A DNA stretch of 63,567 nucleotides, the filler included. It is 5 parts of 5 records of this genome, joined end to end, with 100 filler letters (N's around TTAATTAATTAA, not from the genome) between each part and the next. Parts side by side here need not be neighbours in the genome. Positions count along the whole stretch, not along the records: positions 1 to 25,489 come from DRR723986_2330; 4 more parts are not named here. The stretch is one strand, 5' to 3'. Both the position numbers and the translations under genes were made by a program. This document shows, piece after piece, positions 10,098 through 20,578 of this stretch. The notes beneath the pieces were generated by a model. That model was not told where the DNA came from, did no database searches, and saw nothing but the letters and a program-made list of their open reading frames with translations. Within the stretch, counting starts at the first letter, position 1; the number at the start of each line of letters is the position of its first letter.

Positions 10098-11225
10098 TCA
10101 TGCCCCTGCCCTCCGCCGATATTTCTCCAGCACATCCGGGTTCGGGTCGATGCCGAGGCCAGGGCCTTTGGGAAGCACCACGTTGCCATCTTCAACCGGA
10201 AACGGACTGGCCAGAACGTCCTCTACCAGGAAATAGCTGGCCTGATAGAACTCGCATCCAAGGGTGATCTCCGGCGTTGCCGCAATCATGTGGGCCCCCG
10301 CCAGATGCGCGATCCCGGCTTCGAACATGTCGCCGCCATAGGCCGACAGGCCAGAGGCCGCTGCCATCCGCGCCACCGTCTGCGCCCGCGTCAACCCGCC
10401 TGATTTCATGATCTTGATCGACACGCCATCGGCGATCCCCATCGACAGGCCAAGCGCCATGTCCTCTGGCCCGAAAATGCTCTCATCTGCCAACAGGGGC
10501 ACGTCGATCTCACCCCTGATCCGCGCCATCAGATCGCGCAGATGCGCCTTTACCGGTTGTTCGATGAAGGTGGGCCGGAAGGTTGCCACATCCCGCACAC
10601 AAGCCAGCGCAATATCGTGGTGCAACCCCTGATTGTAGTCCACCCGGATATCGAACTCCGGGTAATCGGCGCGCAGCTTTTCCAGCCGGGTGATGTCAAA
10701 GGCATGGTCCTTGAACCCGGTCTTCAGCTTGATGATCCGCACGCCATCGTTCCGCAGCCGGTCCATCAACGCCAGGTCACGCCCGAAATCGGGATCCGCG
10801 ATCGAGCATGACAGGGGAATGCGCGCCCGGTACGTGCCGCCAAGGAGTTCAGACACTGGCAGCCCCGCCGCCTTGCCCATCAGGTCGAGCAAAGCCGTTT
10901 CCAGCGCCGCCTTGGCCTCGGTGCAATGGGCAACGGCATATTGCGCATCGGCCATGATCCGCGCCCGGTCGGACAGCTTGCGGCCAAGCACGAGCGGGCG
11001 GAAATAGCGGTCGAGCGCGGCAAAGCTCGCCTCGGCCGATCCGGTGAACACCACCCAAGGGCTGGCCTCGCCCCATCCCTGCAATCCGCCTTCGGTGCTC
11101 AGACGCAGAACAACGATATCGACCGAATGCTCGACCGAACCGATGCCGTGATCACGCCGCGCGTTTACCGGCAGCGCAAGATGCCACAGATCCATTGCAG
11201 TGATCGTCTGGTCCCAGGCTGACAT
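10098..11225 (-). CDS. Enolase-superfamily protein, muconate cycloisomerase/mandelate racemase subgroup
   Basis: GWGE, KLKTG (KxK), VDYNQG, IEQP, ADES, KIMKSGG, GPGLG. Confidence 0.88.
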   Translation of the reverse strand: MSAWDQTITAMDLWHLALPVNARRDHGIGSVEHSVDIVVLRLSTEGGLQGWGEASPWVVFTGSAEASFAALDRYFRPLVLGRKLSDRARIMADAQYAVAHCTEAKAALETALLDLMGKAAGLPVSELLGGTYRARIPLSCSIADPDFGRDLALMDRLRNDGVRIIKLKTGFKDHAFDITRLEKLRADYPEFDIRVDYNQGLHHDIALACVRDVATFRPTFIEQPVKAHLRDLMARIRGEIDVPLLADESIFGPEDMALGLSMGIADGVSIKIMKSGGLTRAQTVARMAAASGLSAYGGDMFEAGIAHLAGAHMIAATPEITLGCEFYQASYFLVEDVLASPFPVEDGNVVLPKGPGLGIDPNPDVLEKYRRRAGA

Positions 11226-11297
11226 GCCATCCCCGCGTTTTCCCTAGGGGCAGCCTGCCTTGCCCCTTTCATCATTTCCAATACTAAATTATCAATT

Positions 11298-11320
11298 GTC
11301 CATCACTTTAATTAATGGAC
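11298..11320. promoter_or_regulatory. Putative LysR binding site (T-N11-A)
   Basis: GTCCAT-N11-ATGGAC inverted repeat in an AT-rich divergent promoter region. Confidence 0.55.
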
Positions 11321-11325
11321 TGCCC

Positions 11326-12225
11326 ATGCCCCTCCGATTCCGCCAGTTGCAGGCCTTTCACGCCATCGTCGAAACCGGCACCGTTACCGCCGCCGCACAC
11401 CAGCTCGGCATTTCCCAGCCCGGAATTTCCAACCTGATTTCGCAACTCGAACGCGAAACCCGTTTCAAACTGTTCGAACGGTCTCGCGGACGGCTTCTGC
11501 CTACCCCTGAGGCCGAAGTGCTCTTTCAAGAGGTTGATACCGTGGTGCGCGGGCTCGACCATGTCAGTCAGGCGGTCGTGGACCTTCAGAACAAGCAAGC
11601 CGGGCAGCTACAGGTGGCCTCGCAACACTCCATGTCCTTTGGCTTCATGCCCAAGCTTATCGCCCGTTTCGCAAAGCACCGGCCCGACATGTCGATATCC
11701 TTCCAGTCGCAGTATTCCACCAAAATTCAGGAATGGGTTCAGTCAGGCTTGTTTGAAATTGGCATCTGCGAAATGCCGCTTCTGCACGACGCGCTCAATG
11801 TCCATGCTCTGACGGTGGAAACCCTGCTGGCCCTGCCCGAGGACAGTCCGCTGGCTGTCCATGACGTGCTGACACCCGAACTGCTGGACGACACGCCCTT
11901 CGTGGTCATGGGGCCCGAACACATGACCCACAGGCGCACGCGCGAGGCGTTTCACAATGCCGGCGTCCCTTTACGTGCCAGGGTCCATTCGCACCTGTTC
12001 AAGAACCTGCTGAGCTTTGTCAAGGAAGGCATGGGCGTCGCGGTGCTGGACCCTTTCGCGCTGCATTTTGACTTCGAGGGCGGCTTCATCACCCGCCCTT
12101 TCCGCCCCCGCATCCTGATGGACATGGCGGTGATCACCTCGCGCACAAGGCCCATGTCCGCCGTGGGGCAAGAGTTTCTGGCCCTGCTGCTGCAGGAATT
12201 GGAGCCATACCAGGCGGAGCCCTGA
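11326..12225 (+). CDS. LysR family transcriptional regulator
   Basis: LRFRQLQAF...AAHQLGISQPGIS...LFERSRGRLLPTPEA HTH. Confidence 0.93.
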   Translation: MPLRFRQLQAFHAIVETGTVTAAAHQLGISQPGISNLISQLERETRFKLFERSRGRLLPTPEAEVLFQEVDTVVRGLDHVSQAVVDLQNKQAGQLQVASQHSMSFGFMPKLIARFAKHRPDMSISFQSQYSTKIQEWVQSGLFEIGICEMPLLHDALNVHALTVETLLALPEDSPLAVHDVLTPELLDDTPFVVMGPEHMTHRRTREAFHNAGVPLRARVHSHLFKNLLSFVKEGMGVAVLDPFALHFDFEGGFITRPFRPRILMDMAVITSRTRPMSAVGQEFLALLLQELEPYQAEP

Positions 12226-12259
12226 GGGAGAGAGGCCGGGGCTCCGCCGGGTCGGCGCC

Positions 12260-13948
12260 TCAGCCCATCCAGCGGCGGACGGGCGCTGCTGCTTCTTCCA
12301 GAGGCTGTACAACCACATCGACCAGCGTCGGACCGTCATGGGCAATCGCCTCGGCCATCACCTTGTCCAGCATCTCCGGGTCTTCCACCCGCCACGACTT
12401 GACCCCGTAGGCCGCCGCCACCGCCGCATGGTCCACGGGCGCGAAATCGACGTTGTAGTACCGCGCGCCCTTGTCGGCCATCTGGCTGGCCTTGATCCAC
12501 CCGAAGTTGGAGTTTGAGAACACCACGAAGGTGATCGGTGCGCGGTGACGTGTCACCGTCTCCAACTCACCCGCCGTAAAGCCGAAAGATCCATCCCCCA
12601 TCAAAGCGACGGTCTTGGACGCTGGCCGCCCGTACCAAGCCCCCAATGAGGCCGACAGCGAATAGCCAAGCGCCCCATGCGCGCGATTGGTGATGAAGAA
12701 CCGCCCGGGCTGCGCCTGCTGGTAGTAGGCAGACATATAGGGGCAGCTGGTGCCGGGGTCTGACACAACCGTCGCATCGGGTGGCAACAGCCGATTGAGC
12801 GTGGCAATCACCCGTTCGGGCCGGATCGGGGCCTCATCGCTTTCCGCAAGCGCCCGGAACCTGTCGAACTTGCGCGCCTTTCGCTCAGCCACAGCCGCGG
12901 CACCACCAAAGGCCCCGCCTGCCTTGCGCCGGTCCAGCTCTGCGTTGACCTCGGCCAATGACAGGCGCAAATCGCCCACAACGCCCACCTCGGTCGGATA
13001 GTTCGCACCGATCACCATCGGGTCGTTGTCGAAATGCACAATGCGCGTTCCGGGTTTGGGCGCCTCCCACCGAGCCGTCGTCGTGGACCCTGCGCGAATG
13101 CCCATGAAGACCACCAGATCGGCGGCTTCCATCGCCTCCCACGTCTCGTCCGTGCCGCCGTTCGACCCGACCACTCCGAGCATATTGGGGTGGCTGTCGG
13201 CCAGAGACCCCTGCCCGGAAATCGAGGTCGCCACCGGGATATCCAACCGCTCTGCCAGGCGCGCCAGTTCCTCCCACGCGCCCGCGATCACCACGCCGCC
13301 ACCACAGACGATCAAAGGCTGTTTCGCCGACAGGATCGCCTCCACCGCCGCCTCTGCCGCGCCGGGTTCCGGACCCTGCCGGTAGGCTGGGAACACATGT
13401 GTCGCGGGATCGGCCCAGATATCCGCGGGGTCTACCGGGTCGTACTGGATGTCATAGGGCAGCCCCAGATGCGCCGCGCCGGGGCGGCCCGTGGTGATCG
13501 CCCGGAACGCACCGCGCACCATGCGGGGAATATGCACCGCCTGCTTGATCACTGTGTTCCACTTGGTCAGGGGCCGCATCAGCGCCTCCTGATCCACTTC
13601 GGTCAGCGGGTATTTCCCATAGGTTCCCACCGAAATATCCGAGGTGATCGCCAACACCGAATAGCTGCTTTCCGACGCCTCGATCAGTCCCGGCAGAATG
13701 TAGGTCGCGCCGCCGCCAGACGGTCCCTCGCACACGCCGGGTCGCCCGGTGACGCGCGCATAGGCATCGGCCATGTAAGTCGCTGATCGTTCATCGCGGG
13801 TCAGCACATGGGTCATGCCATGATCCATCCCGCGCATCGCGTCATAGAAAGGCAGGCTGGTGTCACCGCACAGCCCAAACACATGCCGCACGCCCTGCGC
13901 CTCCAGCATCTTCACCAGCGCCTCTGCCCCGTTCATCTGATTGCTCAT
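12260..13948 (-). CDS. Thiamine diphosphate-dependent enzyme (acetolactate synthase-like)
   Basis: VFGLCG, RDERSA..MADAYAR, GDGSF...N ThDP-binding motif. Confidence 0.88.
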   Translation of the reverse strand: MSNQMNGAEALVKMLEAQGVRHVFGLCGDTSLPFYDAMRGMDHGMTHVLTRDERSATYMADAYARVTGRPGVCEGPSGGGATYILPGLIEASESSYSVLAITSDISVGTYGKYPLTEVDQEALMRPLTKWNTVIKQAVHIPRMVRGAFRAITTGRPGAAHLGLPYDIQYDPVDPADIWADPATHVFPAYRQGPEPGAAEAAVEAILSAKQPLIVCGGGVVIAGAWEELARLAERLDIPVATSISGQGSLADSHPNMLGVVGSNGGTDETWEAMEAADLVVFMGIRAGSTTTARWEAPKPGTRIVHFDNDPMVIGANYPTEVGVVGDLRLSLAEVNAELDRRKAGGAFGGAAAVAERKARKFDRFRALAESDEAPIRPERVIATLNRLLPPDATVVSDPGTSCPYMSAYYQQAQPGRFFITNRAHGALGYSLSASLGAWYGRPASKTVALMGDGSFGFTAGELETVTRHRAPITFVVFSNSNFGWIKASQMADKGARYYNVDFAPVDHAAVAAAYGVKSWRVEDPEMLDKVMAEAIAHDGPTLVDVVVQPLEEAAAPVRRWMG

Positions 13949-13977
13949 CGACTCGCATCTCCAGATTCGTATTTCAT

Positions 13978-13989
13978 GCTGTATACAGC
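13978..13989. promoter_or_regulatory. Putative GntR/FadR operator
   Basis: Perfect palindrome GCTGTATACAGC between the divergent ThDP enzyme and GntR genes. Confidence 0.65.
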
Positions 13990-14058
13990 TCCAAATATCT
14001 TGCAAAACTCAACCCAAAATATCAATGTGCCGTCAAATCGCCGGAAAGAGCCGCCTAC

Positions 14059-14748
14059 ATGTCCGATCCCGCCCAAAAACCCGAAAGCAATGTCGACCGC
14101 ATCACCGCGCAGCTCAGGCGCATGGCAGCGGAGTTCGAGATCAAACCGGATGAACGTATCCGAGAGGGCGAGACGGCAAAGCGCCTGTCCGTCAGCCGCA
14201 CGCCGCTGCGCGAGGCGCTGAACCGGCTGGTGTCAGAAGGGTTCCTGACCTTCACCGGCGGGCAAGGGTTCTTCTGCCGATCCTTGACGCCTGAACGCAT
14301 TCTCGACCTCTATGAAGCGCGCGCAGGGGTGGAATGTGAGGCCATGCGCCTGGCCATCACCCGAGCGAGCGATTCCGATATCCGTGCCCTGAAAGACGCG
14401 CTCGACCGGTCAGAACCGCTCTATGACAGCGCCACCGACCGCATCGCCCTGCTGGAAATGGACGAGGCGTTTCACATGGCGCTGACCCGGCTGTCGCAGA
14501 ACGCCGAGCTTGCCAATATGCTCGACAATATCAACGGTCGCATCCGCTATGTCCGCATGATCGGGCTGAACATGGAACGCGGCGCGGCCAGCCGCATGTC
14601 GGCACATCGCGCCATCCTCGACGCGCTGACCGACCGCGACGAACGGCGCGCGCTGGCCACCCTTCGCGCCCATATCTCCTTGCGCAAAGAGGACGCGACC
14701 CGCGCCGTGCGCGAGGCGTTTTCCCACATCTATGTACAGGCGGGCTAA
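14059..14748 (+). CDS. GntR (FadR/FCD) family transcriptional regulator
   Basis: LSVSRTPLREALNRL HTH; DEAFH and H..I...L FCD motifs. Confidence 0.92.
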   Translation: MSDPAQKPESNVDRITAQLRRMAAEFEIKPDERIREGETAKRLSVSRTPLREALNRLVSEGFLTFTGGQGFFCRSLTPERILDLYEARAGVECEAMRLAITRASDSDIRALKDALDRSEPLYDSATDRIALLEMDEAFHMALTRLSQNAELANMLDNINGRIRYVRMIGLNMERGAASRMSAHRAILDALTDRDERRALATLRAHISLRKEDATRAVREAFSHIYVQAG

Positions 14749-14751
14749 GCC

Positions 14752-15489
14752 ATGACCACACGCGGCGGCAAAACGGTTTTCGGGGCAAGCGTCGGCATCT
14801 TGATGCTGGAAACGCAATTCCCCCGCATCCCCGGCGATATCGGCAACGCGCTGACCTGGCCCTTCCCGGTGCATTTCCGGGTGGTGCGCGGGGCGACCCC
14901 AGACAATATCGTGCGCGGCGCACCGCTGGACCGGGTGCAGGATTTCATCGCCGCCGCGCAGGATCTTGTGGACATGGGCTGCGACGGGATCACCACCAAT
15001 TGCGGGTTCCTGTCGCTGTTGCAGGGCGACATGGCGGCGGCGCTTGGCGTGCCGGTGGCGACCTCGTCGTTGATGCAGGTGCCGCTGGTCGAACGCCTGC
15101 TGCCGCCGGGCAAACGGGTGGGCATCCTGACGGTCTCGGCAGGCACCCTTTCGCCGGATCACCTGCGCGCGGCGGGCGTGGCGCTGGATACCCCGGTGGT
15201 CGGCACCGAGGGCGGCCGGGTGTTCACCCGCGACATCCTTGGCGACAAGCCGGAAATTGATTTCGATGCCTGCCGGATGGACCTGCTCGACGCCGCGCGA
15301 GAGCTTGTCCAACGCAACCCGGACGTGGGCGGCATCGTTCTGGAATGCACCAACATGGTTCCCTACGCCGCCGATATCCGCGCCGCGACCGGCCTGCCCG
15401 TTTGGTCCATCTACAGTTTCGTCAGCTGGTTTCAGGCAGGCCTGATGCCGCGCCGGTTTGCAGGTGGCATCGACGATCCACGGTGGTAG
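14752..15489 (+). CDS. Aspartate/glutamate/hydantoin racemase family protein
   Basis: Two catalytic-type Cys motifs TTNCGF and LECTNM; GILML..FPRIPGDIGN. Confidence 0.85.
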   Translation: MTTRGGKTVFGASVGILMLETQFPRIPGDIGNALTWPFPVHFRVVRGATPDNIVRGAPLDRVQDFIAAAQDLVDMGCDGITTNCGFLSLLQGDMAAALGVPVATSSLMQVPLVERLLPPGKRVGILTVSAGTLSPDHLRAAGVALDTPVVGTEGGRVFTRDILGDKPEIDFDACRMDLLDAARELVQRNPDVGGIVLECTNMVPYAADIRAATGLPVWSIYSFVSWFQAGLMPRRFAGGIDDPRW

Positions 15490-15520
15490 TGGTGGGCCGC
15501 CGAAACGGCCCTCCGCCAGA

Positions 15521-16729
15521 TCAGAAAAACGCCTGAAGCCCCGTCTGCGCACGGCCCAGGATCAGGGCGTGAACGTCATGGGTGCCTTCATAGGTGTTGA
15601 CGGTTTCAAGGTTCATCATGTGGCGAATGACCTGGAATTCCTCGGAGATTCCGTTGCCGCCATGCATGTCCCGCGACTGGCGCGCGATATCGAGCGCCTT
15701 GCCGCAATTGTTGCGCTTGATCAGGGAAATCATCTCGGGCGCCGCAGCGGCTTCGTCCATCAACCGGCCCACGCGCAGCGCGGCATGAAGGCCAAGGGTG
15801 ATCTCGGTCTGCATATCAGCCAGCTTCTTCTGGAACAGCTGAGTTTGCGCCAGCGGCTTGTTGAACTGCTTGCGATCCAGCCCGTATTGCCGCGCCGCGT
15901 GCCAGCTGAACTCCGCTGCGCCCATCACGCCCCAGGCAATGCCATAGCGCGCCCGGTTGAGGCAGCCAAACGGCCCTTTCAGGCCCTGAACATTCGGCAG
16001 CAATGCGTCTTCGCCGACCTCGACACCGTCCATCACGATCTCGCCCGTCACCGATGCCCGAAGCGACTGCTTTCCGGCGATCTTCGGGGCAGACAGCCCC
16101 GCCATGCCCTTTTCCAGAACGAAGCCCCGGATCTTGCCGCCATGCGCCTCGGACTTGGCCCAGACCACGAACACATCGGCAATCGGCGCGTTGGAGATCC
16201 ACATTTTCGAGCCGCTGATCCGATAGCCCGTGTCGGTCTTCTCGGCCCGCGTTTTCATACCAGCCGGGTCAGACCCCGCATCGGGTTCGGTCAGGCCGAA
16301 ACAGCCGATCAGTTCGCCGGAACACAGGCCGGGAAGGTATTTCTGCCGCTGCTCTTCCGATCCATAGGCGTAGATCGGGTAGATCACGAGCGAGGATTGC
16401 ACCGACATCATCGACCGATAGCCGCTGTCCACACGCTCGATCTCGCGTGCGATCAGGCCGTAGGTGACGTAGTTCGCGCCAAGCCCCCCATATTCCTCGG
16501 GCAAGGTCGCCCCCAACAGCCCCGCCTGCCCCATAGCCGGGAAAAGCTCTGGCGCGACGGTTTCTTCGGCATAGGCCTTGATCACGCGCGGCTGCAATTC
16601 GGATTGCGCAAATTCCCGCGCCGCGTCGCGCAGCATGCGTTCATCCTCGGTCAGCTGGCCTTCCAGCAACAGCGCATCGTCCCACTGGAAGCTGCTCAGG
16701 TCGGGGGCGTCTTTGGCTTTCAGGGTCAT
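15521..16729 (-). CDS. gcdH: Glutaryl-CoA dehydrogenase (acyl-CoA dehydrogenase)
   Basis: [50 protein letters not shown]. Confidence 0.92.
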   Translation of the reverse strand: MTLKAKDAPDLSSFQWDDALLLEGQLTEDERMLRDAAREFAQSELQPRVIKAYAEETVAPELFPAMGQAGLLGATLPEEYGGLGANYVTYGLIAREIERVDSGYRSMMSVQSSLVIYPIYAYGSEEQRQKYLPGLCSGELIGCFGLTEPDAGSDPAGMKTRAEKTDTGYRISGSKMWISNAPIADVFVVWAKSEAHGGKIRGFVLEKGMAGLSAPKIAGKQSLRASVTGEIVMDGVEVGEDALLPNVQGLKGPFGCLNRARYGIAWGVMGAAEFSWHAARQYGLDRKQFNKPLAQTQLFQKKLADMQTEITLGLHAALRVGRLMDEAAAAPEMISLIKRNNCGKALDIARQSRDMHGGNGISEEFQVIRHMMNLETVNTYEGTHDVHALILGRAQTGLQAFF

Positions 16730-16740
16730 GTCGTGTCTCC

Positions 16741-17934
16741 TCAATCGGTCAGGGCGGCCACGGCGCGGGCAATCCGGCTCAGGCCTTCGGTCAGGTCAGG
16801 GGTGGAATAGGCATAGGACAGGCGGAAATGGCCCGGCAGGCCGAAGGCGCGGCCCGGCACAAGGGCCACGGCGACCTCCGACAGGATGTAGTCGCAGATA
16901 TCGGCGTCGGTCGTCAGCACCTCGCCCGTGGGGCGGCGTTTGCCGATCAGCCCCGCACAGGACGGGAAGACATAGAACGCGCCGCCAGGGGTCGGGCAGT
17001 CGATGCCGGGGATGGCGTTAAGGCGTTCGACCACCATATCGCGCCGGGCACGGAATGCCTCGCACCGCTCTGCCAGCAGGTCTTGCGGGCCAGTCAGGGC
17101 CGCGAGCGCCGCCGCCTGCGAAATCGACGACGCGCCCGAGGTCGAGGTGCCCTGCACCGCCACCATCGCCTTGATCAGCGGCACCGGGCCAATCCCCCAG
17201 CCAAGCCGCCAGCCGGTCATGGCATAGGCCTTGGACGCCCCGTTCACCACCAGCGTTCGACCGGCCAGATCCGGCGCGGCGTTGCGAAACGAGGTAAACG
17301 GCGCAAACGCGATATGTTCGTAGATCTCATCGGCCATCACCCAGACATGCGGGTTTTCGCGCAGCACCTCGGCCAGCGCCTGCAACTCTGTCTCGGAATA
17401 CATCGCGCCCGACGGGTTGCCGGGGTTGTTCAGCAACAGCCACCGGGTCTTGGGCGTGATCGCGGCGGCCAGCGCACCGGCCGTCAGCTTGAATCCGGTA
17501 TCAGCCCCGCATTCAGGGGCCACAAGCCGCGCCTCGCAGATCGTCAGGATATCGGCATAGCTGGTCCAGTAGGGGGCGGGCAGGATCACCTCGTCACCCG
17601 GATCGAGCGTCGCCAGACAGGCGTTGGCGATGACCTGCTTGGCGCCGGTGGATACCACGACCTCACCCGGATCGGCGGCAAAGCCCGCGCGTTCGGCAAT
17701 CGCCTTGCGCAAACCGGGGGTGCCTTGCGTCGGCGGATAGGTGGTTTCACCGCGCAGCGCCGCCTGATGGGCGGCCTCGGTCACATTGTCGGACGTCGGG
17801 AAATCCGGCTCTCCGGTTCCGAAGGTCAGCACATCGCGCCCCTCGGCGCGCAGGGCGCGGGCAGCTTCGGAAATGCGAACGATCTCTGACAGGCTGAGAT
17901 TGCCGGCACGGCGGGAACGGCGAAAATCGGACAT
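16741..17934 (-). CDS. PLP-dependent aminotransferase class I/II (aspartate aminotransferase-like)
   Basis: [27 protein letters not shown]. Confidence 0.92.
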   Translation of the reverse strand: MSDFRRSRRAGNLSLSEIVRISEAARALRAEGRDVLTFGTGEPDFPTSDNVTEAAHQAALRGETTYPPTQGTPGLRKAIAERAGFAADPGEVVVSTGAKQVIANACLATLDPGDEVILPAPYWTSYADILTICEARLVAPECGADTGFKLTAGALAAAITPKTRWLLLNNPGNPSGAMYSETELQALAEVLRENPHVWVMADEIYEHIAFAPFTSFRNAAPDLAGRTLVVNGASKAYAMTGWRLGWGIGPVPLIKAMVAVQGTSTSGASSISQAAALAALTGPQDLLAERCEAFRARRDMVVERLNAIPGIDCPTPGGAFYVFPSCAGLIGKRRPTGEVLTTDADICDYILSEVAVALVPGRAFGLPGHFRLSYAYSTPDLTEGLSRIARAVAALTD

Positions 17935-18026
17935 GATGGCGCCTCTTGTTGACGTATGGGCATGAAATACCGCAGCTGTCCCACGGTTTCCATCGACATT
18001 CCGGCAGAATCTCATTACAAAACGGA

Positions 18027-18920
18027 ATGATCAACGCGCGCCGCTTCCTGCCCCCGCTGCCATGGCTTTCGGCCTTTGAGGCCGTGGCGCGGCTCGGGTC
18101 CGTCACCGAAGCTGCGGCAGAGCTTGACCTGACACAAGGAGCGGTCAGCCGTCAGGTGCAAAAGCTGGAGGACCGGCTTGGCCAGCGCCTGTTTCTTCGC
18201 GAACGCCAACGCCTGACCCTGACCCCGGCGGGCGCGGCCTATGCCAAGGAATTGCGGGGGGCGCTGTCGACAATCGCCAACGCCACCCTGTCGCTGACCT
18301 CGAACCCCCATGGCGGACTGCTGAACCTCGCGATCCTACCTGCCTTCGGCACCTATTGGCTGGCCCCGCGCCTGCCCGGCTTCATGGCGGCCCATACCGG
18401 CGTGACCGTGAACCTTGCCACCCGCACCCACCCGTTCGACTTCGCGCGGGAAGACTTCCACGCCGCGATTCATTTCGGTCAGCGCGACTGGCCCGGCGCG
18501 GGGTTTCTGAAGCTGATGGAGGAAGAAAACGTCGCCGTGGCGTCTCCATCGTTGCTTGCCACCCGCGGGGTCGCCCTTCCCGCCGATGTCGCCCCCCTGC
18601 CCCGCCTGCAAATCGAAAGCCGCAAGGGCGCGTGGCGGCGATGGTTCATCGCGCATGGGTTGGGGGCCGAGGACCGGGTGGCGGTACAGTTCGACCAGTT
18701 CGCCACCATGATCGAGGCCACGAAACAGGGGCTCGGTGCGGCGCTGGTGCCCCGGTTCCTGATCGCGGGCGAACTGTCATCGGGCACGCTGGTCGCGCTG
18801 CCACAGTCAGAAGCGGGGCGGTTCGGCTCCTACTACCTTGTGTGGCCCGAGGCGGGGGCCGAGTATCCTCCGCTCGTTGCGCTGCGCGACTGGCTGACCG
18901 AGGAGATCGCAAACCGTTGA
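18027..18920 (+). CDS. LysR family regulator (GcvA/GcdR-like)
   Basis: LPPLPWLSAFEAVARLGSVT.AA.EL.LTQGAVSRQ; divergent from aminotransferase-gcdH; TCATT-N9-AATGA repeat overlaps the start. Confidence 0.9.
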   Translation: MINARRFLPPLPWLSAFEAVARLGSVTEAAAELDLTQGAVSRQVQKLEDRLGQRLFLRERQRLTLTPAGAAYAKELRGALSTIANATLSLTSNPHGGLLNLAILPAFGTYWLAPRLPGFMAAHTGVTVNLATRTHPFDFAREDFHAAIHFGQRDWPGAGFLKLMEEENVAVASPSLLATRGVALPADVAPLPRLQIESRKGAWRRWFIAHGLGAEDRVAVQFDQFATMIEATKQGLGAALVPRFLIAGELSSGTLVALPQSEAGRFGSYYLVWPEAGAEYPPLVALRDWLTEEIANR

Positions 18921-18934
18921 GACGGGGCGCGGGG

Positions 18935-18977
18935 AAGATCCTTCGAAGGATTTTTTTACGGCTGTTCGAACAGCCGT
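18935..18977. repeat. Tandem hairpins (REP-like or terminator) between convergent genes
   Basis: AAGATCCT-TCGA-AGGATTTT followed by a T run, then perfect 20-bp palindrome ACGGCTGTTCGAACAGCCGT. Confidence 0.65.
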
Positions 18978-19058
18978 CCCCCCGCCCGGAACAGGCGTTT
19001 CGTATGCATGGGGGGGTACGGGGGTGTACGCACATTGTACGGGCGGCACCCACCTGTT

Positions 19059-19859
19059 TCAGCTGATTTTGCGCGCCGTCAGCACATAGCAAAGCGGCAG
19101 TTGCGCGGCCCGGTTTTCGTATTGCTCATAGGCCACTTCCCGGTTGCAGTGGGGATGCTCCTGCAAGCGCTCGATCCGCAAACCCGCCTCCGCCACGGCA
19201 CTGATCACCTGCCCCATCCGGTGCGCAAACCAATAGCTGACCTGCGCCTCTCCCTCCGGCGTGCTGCCGTCGTAGACGATGGTCTCCGCCGCCACATCTG
19301 GCCCGTCCGGGAAATAGCTGATCGTCGGGGAAAACGGATCTGCGGCCTCTGGATCGAACATCTCCAGAAACGGGTGGGTTTCATAGATCACCAACACCCC
19401 GCCGGGTGCGATCAGCCCGGCTACTGCGTTGAAAAACTTCGACAAATCTGGCATCCAGTTCAGCACGCCGATGGTGATCAAGGCCAGGTCGAAGCGCCCC
19501 AATCCGTCTGGAAGCGCATGGATATCGGCGCAGAGGAACTCCACCTCCCGGCCCGCCACATCCGCCAATTCCCGCGCCTGATCCAGAAACGCCACCGATT
19601 GGTCGATCCCCAACACCCGCCCCGCGCCAAGCGCTTTCAGAGACAGGCATTCGCGACCGTTGTTACAGCCGATCTGCACGCAGGATCTGCCCGCGAGACC
19701 AATGGCTTCCAGCGCCTCCGTGGCCGTCGCATCGAAGCAGGAGAATCCAGGGTCAGCAAAGCCTGCCACCAGCCGCTGCCAGTCCGCATTGCCTCGGTGA
19801 TGCTGCGCCGAAAGATCCCAAGCCGCCCGGTTCGCAGCAATCGCCTCCGCGTCGCTCAT
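19059..19859 (-). CDS. Class I SAM-dependent methyltransferase
   Basis: VQIGCNNGRE motif I variant, GIDQS, FDL..ITIGVLNWMPDL, PGG.LVIYETHPF; ATGA overlap with the upstream GATase. Confidence 0.85.
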   Translation of the reverse strand: MSDAEAIAANRAAWDLSAQHHRGNADWQRLVAGFADPGFSCFDATATEALEAIGLAGRSCVQIGCNNGRECLSLKALGAGRVLGIDQSVAFLDQARELADVAGREVEFLCADIHALPDGLGRFDLALITIGVLNWMPDLSKFFNAVAGLIAPGGVLVIYETHPFLEMFDPEAADPFSPTISYFPDGPDVAAETIVYDGSTPEGEAQVSYWFAHRMGQVISAVAEAGLRIERLQEHPHCNREVAYEQYENRAAQLPLCYVLTARKIS

Positions 19860-20575
19860 GGTTGTTTCGGCAACAGGTGATCGCGCACGATCCGCGCCAG
19901 TTCCGACCGTGTCACGTCCTTGCCCATGGAGCCTTGCGCCGCATCCACTTCGTCAGGTTTCAGCACCGTCCCCCGACGGCTTTCCAACAGCGCCTGCGTG
20001 TAGGGTTTGCCAAATTCCGGGTGCCCCTGAACGGTCAGCGCAAAGCCGGGATACCACAGCGCCGCGTGTTCGCAGAAATCACTGCTGGCAATGGTCTCCG
20101 CCCCCTTTGGCGGGGTGAACACCTGATCCTGGTGATAGGCTTGAATGGCAATCTTTTCAGGGGCTTGGCCAAGCGTTTCCGGCCAGTCATGGGGCACATA
20201 GTCATGCACGCCAAGTCCCCAGCCCTTGTCCGACTTGCCGACATCCCCGCCAAGCGCCTGTGCGATCACCTGATGGCCAAAGCAGATGCCCACCATCGGG
20301 ACGCCTGCGTCGCGGCAATCGCGAACGAATGCTTCCAGCGGGGCGATCCAGGGATGCCCTTCATAAACCCCAAAGCGCGACCCGGTGATCACCCAGATAT
20401 CCGCCACGCGCGGGTCGTCGGGCAAGACACCGTCAAGCGCCGCGAAGCTGATGAACTCCGCCCCCGGCACATCCAGCCAGTCCCGCACCATCAGGGGATA
20501 GTTGCCATGCTCTCCGGCCAGTTCCTCGGGCGGGCGGCCGGTTTCCAGAATGCCGATCACGGGTGCTTTGGTCAT
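19856..20575 (-). CDS. Type 1 glutamine amidotransferase-like protein (probable gamma-glutamyl hydrolase)
   Basis: GICFGHQ nucleophile motif and QGHPEF triad motif. Confidence 0.9.
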   Translation of the reverse strand: MTKAPVIGILETGRPPEELAGEHGNYPLMVRDWLDVPGAEFISFAALDGVLPDDPRVADIWVITGSRFGVYEGHPWIAPLEAFVRDCRDAGVPMVGICFGHQVIAQALGGDVGKSDKGWGLGVHDYVPHDWPETLGQAPEKIAIQAYHQDQVFTPPKGAETIASSDFCEHAALWYPGFALTVQGHPEFGKPYTQALLESRRGTVLKPDEVDAAQGSMGKDVTRSELARIVRDHLLPKQP

Positions 20576-20578
20576 CTC

